DNA of 19,566 bases, taken from the NCBI GenBank assembly GCA_964534375.1, contig CAZHPN010000119.1:1-19566 (forward strand). Reading direction: 5' to 3'. The first letter of the stretch is position 1. Every line of letters begins with the position of its first letter. The stretch is from an uncultured bacterium (GTDB lineage Bacteria > Lernaellota > Lernaellaia > Lernaellales > Lernaellaceae). The notes below the pieces were generated by a model, which saw nothing but the letters and a program-made list of their open reading frames with translations, was not told the DNA's origin and made no database searches. Of this stretch, positions 8,300 through 15,775 are shown piece by piece. Position numbers and translations under genes: made by a program.

Positions 8300-9931
8300 T
8301 CACTGCAGCCGTGCCTCATTCAGCGAATCGAGCCGTTCGATCAATTGCTCGCGGCGAAACGGCTTGGTGATATATCCGCTCACGCCGTACCGTTCGCCCA
8401 ACGCCCGATCGTCGGTGACCGTCAACACGATCACCGGAATGCCCGCCAGTTCGGGGTCGCGCCGCAGTTCTTCGAGAATCGACCACCCGTCGCGCACCGG
8501 CAGCCGGATGTCGAGCGTCACGGCGTACGGCCGCAGTTCGCGCGCCTTCGCCAGCCCGAGGTCGCCGTCCGTGCACGCCACCACGCGGTAACCCGCCGGC
8601 TCCAGCGACGCGGCCAGCACTTCCAGCAAATCGGGGTCGTCGTCGATCGAGAGCACGATCTTCGGCGCCGTCGCCGGCCGTCCCGCCGGCACGAGCGAGA
8701 CGACCGCCGGCAGCGCGACGCGGAACACGCTGCCGCGGCCCGGTTCGCTTTCGACCGCGATGTCGCCGCCCAGCAATTCGACCAATTGCCGCGTCAACGA
8801 CAAGCCGATGCCGGCGCCGCCGGCCTCGCGCGTCGTGGAGCCGTCGAGCTGCCGGAAACTTTGGAAGAGGCGCGGCAGTTGGTCCGGCGCGATCCCCGGG
8901 CCGGTGTCGGCCACTTCGAACGTCAGCCAGCCGTCGCGCGGCCCCACGCCGGCGCGCAACGCCACCGAGCCAGCCGGCGTGAATTTCAGCGCGTTGGCCA
9001 GCAGGTTGTAGAGCACGATCTGCAGCTTGGCGCGGTCGCTCTGCATCGGCGGCAGGTCCGGCGCCAGTTCGCCCGCAAACGCCAGGCCCTTGGCGGCAAA
9101 GAGCGGCCGCAACGTGCTCATGATCGACTCGATCGTCTCGCGCGGATCGAATTCCTCGATCGACAGGCTCAAGCGGCCGGTCTCGGCGCGCAGCAGGTCG
9201 ACGATGTCGTTGATCAGCCGGCGCAGAATCTGCGCGTTCGCGCGAATCTTCCCCAACGCCGCGGTCTGGCGGCCGGCCAACGGGCCGTACACGCCGTCGG
9301 CGAGCAACTGCGCATAGCCGAGCACGACGTGCAGCGGCGTGCGCAGTTCGTGGCTGAGGTTGGCCAGGAATTCGCCTTTCAATCGCACCGATTCCTCGGT
9401 CTTGGCCGTCGCCGCGCGCAGTTGCAGGTTCGTCATTTCCAGTTCGGCGGTGCGCTGCGCAACGCGGTGCTCGAGCGCCGCGTTGGCCTGCTCCAGCCGG
9501 TGTTGCGCCTCTTCGAGCTGATCCGCCATGCGATTGAACCCGGCGGCCAGCGCGCCAAACTCGTCGCGGCGCGTCGTTTGCAGCCGGACGCCGAAATCGC
9601 CCTTGGCCAGGGTATTGGTCGTTTGCAGCAGCGTGTCGATCGGCCGCGTGAACAGCCGCGAAAACACCAGCGCTGCGAACACCACCAGCACCACGCCGAT
9701 GAGCAGGATCATCGCCATCAGCAGGTAGGCTTCGCGCGTGGCGTCGGCGACGCGCCCGCCGACGTAGGCCGGCATCCCCGGCGGCGCGTTGGCGACGGTT
9801 TCGGTTTGGACCTTGACGGTCATTTCCTGATAATTGGAAACGAGCAAACCCGTCGTCACGAGCAACGGCACGATAGCCAGGGCGCAAAAGGCGAGGAAGA
9901 GCTTCGCAAAGATGTTCAACCGCGATGTCAC
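8300..9931 (-). CDS. Membrane hybrid histidine kinase (2 TM - HAMP - HisKA - HATPase - receiver)
   Basis: GTG start at 9931 with GGAGG, overlapping the upstream stop. Two hydrophobic helices, HAMP (RRDEFGALAAGFNRMA), H-box FLANLSHELRTPL, NLLANALKFT, DTGPGI, GGAGIGLSL and a C-terminal receiver (IDDD...TLDI...TKPF). Confidence 0.92.
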   Translation of the reverse strand: MTSRLNIFAKLFLAFCALAIVPLLVTTGLLVSNYQEMTVKVQTETVANAPPGMPAYVGGRVADATREAYLLMAMILLIGVVLVVFAALVFSRLFTRPIDTLLQTTNTLAKGDFGVRLQTTRRDEFGALAAGFNRMADQLEEAQHRLEQANAALEHRVAQRTAELEMTNLQLRAATAKTEESVRLKGEFLANLSHELRTPLHVVLGYAQLLADGVYGPLAGRQTAALGKIRANAQILRRLINDIVDLLRAETGRLSLSIEEFDPRETIESIMSTLRPLFAAKGLAFAGELAPDLPPMQSDRAKLQIVLYNLLANALKFTPAGSVALRAGVGPRDGWLTFEVADTGPGIAPDQLPRLFQSFRQLDGSTTREAGGAGIGLSLTRQLVELLGGDIAVESEPGRGSVFRVALPAVVSLVPAGRPATAPKIVLSIDDDPDLLEVLAASLEPAGYRVVACTDGDLGLAKARELRPYAVTLDIRLPVRDGWSILEELRRDPELAGIPVIVLTVTDDRALGERYGVSGYITKPFRREQLIERLDSLNEARLQ

Positions 9932-10668
9932 GCGTCCCTCCGCCTGCGCACCATCTGCATCGACGCATCGGCGGGTTGCGCCGTCCAGAACGTAATCAGC
10001 GCCGCGACGAGGTGGCTGGTGCGAATCAAGAGCAGTTGCCAGCCGCCCCAGACGCCGCGCACGTCGACCACTCCGACGGCGGCGTAGAGCAGGAGCGCCG
10101 CCAGCGCCGGCGCGGTTTGTCGCGCGCGCCCCCGCGGATTGCGGCGGACATCTCCCACTTCGCGAATCATCGCATAAAGGACCAGAAAAAGCGATAGTCC
10201 GTAGGCCGGAAGAAAGCAGCGGAAAGTCGTCGCCGACAGCAGGTGCCGGCTCGCCCAGGGCGTGCTGATCGTGCGTTCGACCCCGCCCCAGAACAGCGAT
10301 ATCAGAAACGCCGCCAGCGACGCGCCGACGACCGCCGCGACCGCCCGCACGGCCGGCGCCCGCCAATAGAGCTGGCCGACGAACATGACGATGAACAAGA
10401 CCTGGCCGGCCAGCGCGATCTCGTTGGCGTAAAAAAACAACCGGTCCAGGCCGAAGAAGACGGACGCGGCGGCGCGCAGATAGCAGAAATACGCCGCCAG
10501 GCGCAACGCCGCGAAGAACCAGAGCAGGGCGGCGCAATCCCACGACCGGGCGAGACTGCGCCAGGCCGGCGACGGGTCCGCCGTCTTGCGCAAAGCGCGC
10601 GCCGCAAACCAACTGATGACGGCGATCATCAGGCAGACGAACGAATTGTAAAACACCGCGTAATTCAT
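9928..10668 (-). CDS. Stand-alone integral membrane protein with about 7 TM helices, putative receptor
   Basis: 246 aa from ATG 10668 (MNYAVFYNSFVCLM), the 3' end of ORF 9928-12246. Seven hydrophobic stretches counted by eye. Start and stop each overlap a neighbouring kinase gene by 4 nt. Confidence 0.8.
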   Translation of the reverse strand: MNYAVFYNSFVCLMIAVISWFAARALRKTADPSPAWRSLARSWDCAALLWFFAALRLAAYFCYLRAAASVFFGLDRLFFYANEIALAGQVLFIVMFVGQLYWRAPAVRAVAAVVGASLAAFLISLFWGGVERTISTPWASRHLLSATTFRCFLPAYGLSLFLVLYAMIREVGDVRRNPRGRARQTAPALAALLLYAAVGVVDVRGVWGGWQLLLIRTSHLVAALITFWTAQPADASMQMVRRRRDA

Positions 10669-12716
10669 GACGGCGCCGCGGGCCCGGTCAGGCGCAGTTG
10701 CCGCAGCGCCTCGCGCACGACCTCGCGCACATCGTACGGTTTCGCGAACGAACGGACGACCTCGTAGGCTTCGGCGAGGTCGGCCTGCACGTTTTCCGAA
10801 ACCAGAATCACCGGCAGCTTCGCGAAACGCGCGTCGGCCCGCAGTTCGCGCAAGGTGTGCCAGCCGTCCTGAAAGCGCATCAGCGGGTCGATGAGCAGCA
10901 GATCGGCCGCGCTGCTGTCGATCGCCGACAGCACGGCCCGCCCGTCGTCGCAGACCTCGGCGCGCAGCCCTTCGGCCTCGAGCGAAAGGCGCAGGAAATG
11001 GGCGTCCTCCAGGTTCGAATCGGCCACCACGACCGTACGCAGGTTGCGCCCGGCGTCGAGATACGGCGGATTCTCCTCCGGCGCCGTTTCCGGCGCGCCG
11101 GCCGGCCGCGTCGGCAGCGACACCGTGAAGACCGTGCCGATGCCGGGCCGGCTGCCCACTTCGATCGAGCCGCGCAGCAGATCCACCAGCTTCTTGGTGA
11201 TATTCATGCCCAGACCGATTTCCGCCGCCTGGTGTCCGGCGCGGCCGACGCGGGCGAATTCCTCGAAGAGCAGCGGCAGATCGCTCTCGGCGAAGCCGCC
11301 GCCGGCGTCCTCGATCGAGAACGACACGAACGCCGGATCGGCGGACGCGGCGCGCAGGGTGATCCGCCCGCGGTCGGAACATTTGACCGCGTTGGCGAGG
11401 AGATTGAGCAGCACGTTTTGCAACTTGGCCTGGTCGGTAAAGAGCCGGACCGGCGTTTCCGGGTCGATTTCCAGCCGCAGTTCGAGTTTTTTGTCGGCGG
11501 CCAGCGGCGCGACCGTCGCCAGCGTTTCCTCGAGCATTTCGCGCACGGGCACGGCTTCGCGCGTCGCGGTCATCTTGCCGGCCTGCAACTGCGAGAGGTC
11601 GAGCAGGTCGTTGATGATGCGCAGCAGGACGCGGGCGTTGAGCGAAATACGCTCGCAGGCGTCTCTCTGCCGCTGACTCAGTGCGCCGTAAATTTCGGAC
11701 GACAGCAGGTCGGCGAACCCGGCGACCGAAGTGATCAACGTCCGCAGTTCGTGCGACAAATCGGCGAGAAACTCGCCGCGCAGGCGGCTGCGGCGCTCGA
11801 GTTTCGCGGCCATTTCGGCCAGCCCGCGGTTGGCCTTTTCCAGTTCGGCGGTGCGGTCGGCGACCATCTGCTGCAGGTTGGCGGAGACGTGCTGCAACTG
11901 CGCGTGCATCGCTTCCATGTCGCGCAGGTCTTTTTCCAGGCCGGCCACGGTTCCCGTCAGCGCGTCCTGGTTGGGGAAAACGCCCTTCAGCAGCCAGCGC
12001 GACGACCGCTTTTCCCACGCGACGTGAAACAGCGTGCCCGTCGCGCCGTAGGTGACGCCGTTGAGCGCGAACGAGCCATCGGGTTCGAGGCGGCCTTCGC
12101 GGCGCCGCTCGGCCGGCTCCGCCGGCGCGACGCTGAAGACCTCGCCGTCGGCGGCGATTTCGTAGGTGCGGCCGTCGATCGGCGAACACGCCGCCGCGGA
12201 GAGCTCGTACTGCAGAATCCCGACCTGCGCCATCGGCTGGTCCCACAGCAGCGGCAGGCCCGCCAGCAGGCCGCGGACGAAGTTGATGTCGTGGTAGGCC
12301 GCGGGGCCGACTTGCGCCGCGTGCAGTTCGAGCGACGCCGAGGCGGCGCCCAGCCGCGCGGTCTTGATCTCGTGGAAATTGCTGAAATACCGCGTGATGA
12401 TTTCGGTGCGTTGCAGCGCCCGCGGCATCGAACCGAACAGCCGAAAGATCGTGCCGACGGCGCCCAGCAGGTTATTCTTGACCGCGAAGAGGCCGACTTC
12501 GGCAGCGATGTCGCGATTGTCCGTCGCGGCGGCCAAGCGCTCCCAGAGGAGTTGGCCGATCGACCAGTCGACCCAACCGCGCTCGGCGGCCAACTGCGCG
12601 CGGCTGGCCGGCAAGCCGTCGCACAACTCCGCGGCATTCAGCCCGCGCGACTCGGCAAACCGCAGAATCGCCGCCGTCACCCGCCCGCTGATTTTCGGAG
12701 TGAACGATTCGCTCAA
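10665..12716 (-). CDS. Soluble hybrid histidine kinase with an N-terminal H-NOX/V4R/AraC-N-like sensor domain and a C-terminal receiver
   Basis: H-box FLADLSHELRTL, NLLANAVK, DAGGGF, LFEEF, IGLGM and receiver LLLID...FAKPY; no clear TM segment. Start uncertain: TTG 12716 after GGAGAAGGGG, or ATG 12749/12752. The sensor-domain call is by resemblance only. Confidence 0.85.
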   Translation of the reverse strand: MSESFTPKISGRVTAAILRFAESRGLNAAELCDGLPASRAQLAAERGWVDWSIGQLLWERLAAATDNRDIAAEVGLFAVKNNLLGAVGTIFRLFGSMPRALQRTEIITRYFSNFHEIKTARLGAASASLELHAAQVGPAAYHDINFVRGLLAGLPLLWDQPMAQVGILQYELSAAACSPIDGRTYEIAADGEVFSVAPAEPAERRREGRLEPDGSFALNGVTYGATGTLFHVAWEKRSSRWLLKGVFPNQDALTGTVAGLEKDLRDMEAMHAQLQHVSANLQQMVADRTAELEKANRGLAEMAAKLERRSRLRGEFLADLSHELRTLITSVAGFADLLSSEIYGALSQRQRDACERISLNARVLLRIINDLLDLSQLQAGKMTATREAVPVREMLEETLATVAPLAADKKLELRLEIDPETPVRLFTDQAKLQNVLLNLLANAVKCSDRGRITLRAASADPAFVSFSIEDAGGGFAESDLPLLFEEFARVGRAGHQAAEIGLGMNITKKLVDLLRGSIEVGSRPGIGTVFTVSLPTRPAGAPETAPEENPPYLDAGRNLRTVVVADSNLEDAHFLRLSLEAEGLRAEVCDDGRAVLSAIDSSAADLLLIDPLMRFQDGWHTLRELRADARFAKLPVILVSENVQADLAEAYEVVRSFAKPYDVREVVREALRQLRLTGPAAPS

Positions 12717-12747
12717 CCGACGCCCCTTCTCCCACCCGACGTTCGGC

Positions 12748-12776
12748 ATCATAGCCAAGCCAAATCCGGGCGTCGA
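12748..12776 (-). promoter_or_regulatory. Putative sigma70 promoter of the signalling cluster
   Basis: Minus strand reads TCGACG-N17-TATGAT, about 31 nt upstream of TTG 12716. Confidence 0.45.
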
Positions 12777-12882
12777 GGTCGGTCTGCGTCAGAATCGGGG
12801 TTTTCGCGAATCGCCGATTAAACCACCAGTCAAGAGCCGCGCAACGCGGCCTGAAGGGGCAGCCAAAGCAGTATTTTCACCG

Positions 12883-13527
12883 CTAGCCATAGCAGGGCGC
12901 GGCGCATTCATAGTAGGAGATCCCGCACGCGTTGAGGCATAAATCGGCCGTTTGCTCGTCAGGCGAACCACTCAGGCACGTCGTTTTGCAATCGCCGTCC
13001 GTCGTGTCGCACGCCAACAGGCAATTGCCCGGGTACCACGTGCCGCACGCCGCCCGCTCGTGGCCGCAGTCGACGCCGCACGTGTTGAAGCTGTCGCTGC
13101 AGTCGCCCTCGCAATTCACATCGCTGCCGCACGCGTTTTTGCAATTGACGAACGTTGTCTCGCAGGGATCGTTGCAGGCGATCCCGCTCGCCAGGCAACT
13201 GTCGCCGCACTGCGTGGCGCAGGTTTCGCCGGCCTGCGTCGCCGTCTGCATGCACGTCGACACCTGGTCCTCGCAACTGACCTTGCAACTCTGGTACGGC
13301 GTGCCGCACGCGGTCAGGCACGTGCGTGCGGTTTCCACGCAAGCCTCGTACCCGGCGTCCAGTGCGGACAGGCATTCGAGATTGCAGTTCCCGCCGCCGC
13401 TGCTCTTGCTGCTGCTCGACGAGGCGCAACCGCCGCCCGCCGCCAACATTGCGGAAATGCTCAACAAAACAACCGTCGCGCTCAACAGAAAAATACCGGG
13501 TCGGAAAACGCTGGAGCTTCGGGTCAT
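12883..13527 (-). CDS. Cysteine-rich secreted, putative lipoprotein (paralog A)
   Basis: 214 aa with a GGGAGG RBS. Hydrophobic N-terminus ending at Cys34, Ser/Gly linker, then 28 Cys in CX3C/CX6C/CX10C spacing. Confidence 0.85.
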   Translation of the reverse strand: MTRSSSVFRPGIFLLSATVVLLSISAMLAAGGGCASSSSSKSSGGGNCNLECLSALDAGYEACVETARTCLTACGTPYQSCKVSCEDQVSTCMQTATQAGETCATQCGDSCLASGIACNDPCETTFVNCKNACGSDVNCEGDCSDSFNTCGVDCGHERAACGTWYPGNCLLACDTTDGDCKTTCLSGSPDEQTADLCLNACGISYYECAAPCYG

Positions 13528-13700
13528 CGTATCCTCCCATGTGCTGTCGCCGTCGAAACCAGATGACGGCCTCGCCGCAAGTTAAGAATCGGTTCGGCGA
13601 GGCGAAAGTCTCCTATTTCAATATTTCGACAGAACCGGCCGCGGGCGGCTGGGCATTGCATGTTGAGGGTTCGGAACGGAAAACGCATTCCCGGCGGACC

Positions 13701-13740
13701 ATTCCGCAATCCGCAATCCGCATTCGGCATTCCGCATTCC
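13701..13740. repeat. 7-bp-period tandem array (CCGCAAT/CCGCATT-like)
   Basis: ATTCCGCAATCCGCAATCCGCATTCGGCATTCCGCATTCC, immediately after the paralog B stop. Confidence 0.7.
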
Positions 13741-13753
13741 CGAATCCCGCGTC

Positions 13754-14404
13754 TCACCCAAGACACGGGTCGTTGCAGTTGAAGTACGTTACGGCGCAGG
13801 CGATGAAGCATTGGTCCGCGGTGCGTTCGTCGGGGGAACCGTTGAGGCACGCCGTTTCACAGGCGCCGGAGGTTTCCCCGCACGCCAGCAGGCACACGCC
13901 CGGATACCACGAGCCGCACGTCGCCCCTTCTTCGCCGCAGCCGTCGTTGCACGTGCCGAGATTATCGTTGCAGGTTGACTCGCAGGTCAGGTCGCCGGCG
14001 CAGTTGTCGTCGCAAGTGGTGAACGTGGCGTCGCAGGCGCCGATGCACGCAATCGAGTTCTTCAAGCAATTGTCGCCGCACTGCGTGGCGCAGGTCTCCG
14101 CGGCCTGCACCGCGGCCGTCGCGCACGTCAACGACGTCTGCGTACAACCCGTTTTGCAGCTCTCGTACGGATTGCCGCAGGCCGCGTAGCAAGCGCCTTC
14201 GGTTTTCGCGCACACCTCGAACGCGTCGTTCATGGTTTTGAGGCACGCGAGTTGGCAGTTCGTCCCGCCGCCGTTGCTGGCGTTGCTGCCGCCCCCCGGA
14301 AAACAGCCGTCCTGCATGGCGAGCAACGCCGCCGACATCGACAGCAAAAGGGTCGCGCTCAACAGAAAACCATCGCGGCGCAGGGTTGCGATCAGCCGCG
14401 TCAT
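13754..14404 (-). CDS. Cysteine-rich secreted, putative lipoprotein (paralog B)
   Basis: 216 aa with a GGGAGG RBS, Cys34 after a hydrophobic segment and the same 28-Cys ladder as paralog A. Confidence 0.85.
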   Translation of the reverse strand: MTRLIATLRRDGFLLSATLLLSMSAALLAMQDGCFPGGGSNASNGGGTNCQLACLKTMNDAFEVCAKTEGACYAACGNPYESCKTGCTQTSLTCATAAVQAAETCATQCGDNCLKNSIACIGACDATFTTCDDNCAGDLTCESTCNDNLGTCNDGCGEEGATCGSWYPGVCLLACGETSGACETACLNGSPDERTADQCFIACAVTYFNCNDPCLG

Positions 14405-14567
14405 CTCCGCCTCCCATCGTGCGTTATCGCCGAAGCCGGCTCAAACCTTTTGTTAATCGTAATAATCGGCTCGCGGCCGGGGAAGTCCGGTTCCTATTTT
14501 TCCCGCCGAGACGTTCCTCGACATCGCCCGGGGCAGACGCCGGGCGCCGAGGTTTACCGCCGGCATT

Positions 14568-15419
14568 TCAGCGAACGTCGTCGCGTTCCCGTTCTCGTTC
14601 CCGCTGCCGCCGCCGTTGACGTTCGAGGCGTTCCTCGCGCGCGGCGATGCGGGCGTTGTCGGCCGCGACGATGTCCGCCGCCACGTCGGCGAGGTTGCGC
14701 TTGCGCGTCGCGTGCATGGGTCGGCCGTCGTCAAATCTGGGCTCCACGCCGCCGAACTGCATTTCGAGCGGCAACCCGTAATACGCCTCCAGCGAGCCCA
14801 GGTACCGCGCGCGTTGGAGGCGTTGCAATTCGTGAAGGGCCTTGTAGAGGCTGCGCTCGAGCGCGGCTTCATAGCGGGAGAGCCGGCCGAAGGCGTCGCC
14901 GTTCTTGGCGTTGTTGCGGAAGGCCAGGCCCAGCGTCGCGGCCAGAAAGTTCGCCTTGTCGCGCGTCTCCCGGGCGGCCTCGACGGACTCGCGCAGTTCC
15001 GGGTCGATCGCGGCGGTCGTCTCGCGCACGGCGGGAAGTCCAGGCGCCGCTTCGCCCGGGTCCTCCGACTTCGCGGCGTGGCCGGCCTCTGCCGCGGCGC
15101 GATCTGCCAGAATATCCGCGTGTTCCACGGCGAAAAGCCCGGTTTCCACGTTCATCGCCCGGCGAAGCCGCCAGGCGCAGGAAATGATCCGGCCCACGAG
15201 AATCCACTCCAGATCCCCGACGGCCCGCAAGAGCCAGCAGAGGCGCGTCTCGAAGGCGGCATACTCGGTCTCGTCCTCGGTCGGCAGGATGGCTTGAACT
15301 GCCAGGAGACCGTGCCGTACGGCGTTGCAACTGACGGCCGCCTTGCCCGCGGCCGTAGTCGGCCCCGTGCTTTTCAGGGCGTTTTCGCGGTTGGCGGCGA
15401 CTTGTTTCTCGGTGGTCAT
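14568..15419 (-). CDS. Conserved hypothetical protein of the 'QxxANRxNAxxSTGPxTxxGK...NAxxHG' type
   Basis: 283 aa from ATG 15419 (MTTEKQVAANRENALKSTGPTTAAGKAAVSCNAVRHGL), with WRLRR and LSRYEAALERSLYKALHEL motifs that I recognise from a widespread uncharacterised family. Confidence 0.75.
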   Translation of the reverse strand: MTTEKQVAANRENALKSTGPTTAAGKAAVSCNAVRHGLLAVQAILPTEDETEYAAFETRLCWLLRAVGDLEWILVGRIISCAWRLRRAMNVETGLFAVEHADILADRAAAEAGHAAKSEDPGEAAPGLPAVRETTAAIDPELRESVEAARETRDKANFLAATLGLAFRNNAKNGDAFGRLSRYEAALERSLYKALHELQRLQRARYLGSLEAYYGLPLEMQFGGVEPRFDDGRPMHATRKRNLADVAADIVAADNARIAAREERLERQRRRQRERERERDDVR

Positions 15420-15603
15420 GTTTCCACTCTCTTTCCGCGCACGCCGGCGTGCGACGTGGGCTGTTGGCGCGCAGCGCAAATCTGCCGCGCGAGCGATCGG
15501 CGTTTATTGGACAGGAATGCCTGTTTATCGCGTTGCAGGGGGGTTAAATGGCGAAGCCGGGCGGCGCCCCGCTCGGCTCTCAACACTCAAATCAGTTTAG
15601 CCA

Positions 15604-15633
15604 ATTATAGGCCGTACGTTGCCAAATTGTCAA
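15604..15633 (-). promoter_or_regulatory. Consensus sigma70 promoter
   Basis: Minus strand reads TTGACA-N18-TATAAT (both hexamers perfect), pointing toward 15419. Confidence 0.8.
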
Positions 15634-15700
15634 GAGATTTTTTGGGGGAGGAGGCAGAAAACAGAAGGCGGACGGCAGGGGCGCCGCCGCGCAAGCGAAA

Positions 15701-15735
15701 GCGGAATTGTTGAGTGGCGAATGGCGAATGGCGAA
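15701..15735. repeat. 7-bp-period tandem array (TGGCGAA x3, preceded by GCGGAAT)
   Basis: GCGGAATTGTTGAG-TGGCGAA-TGGCGAA-TGGCGAA. A further degenerate heptad run (GGCAGAA-like) lies at about 15653-15679. Confidence 0.6.
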
Positions 15736-15775
15736 ATTCAGGCGCCGCCGCGTTTATCCGCGGCCGCGGGGCGGT

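Noticed and set aside
9932..10612. N-terminal extension of ORF 8300-10612, and likewise of ORF 9928-12246
   Set aside because: These are low-complexity Arg/Gly/Ala extensions overlapping real genes. Better starts exist at 9931 and 10668, with stop-start overlaps.
9928..10668. 7TM protein as a microbial rhodopsin
   Set aside because: The last helix has no Lys for a retinal Schiff base; the only Lys follows TM1.
12883..14404. Cys-rich proteins as multiheme cytochromes, ferredoxins or radical-SAM RiPP precursors
   Set aside because: There is no CxxCH or CxxCxxCxxxC; they carry export signals; no SPASM/RRE maturase is nearby, and the only radical-SAM-like gene lacks its cluster motif.
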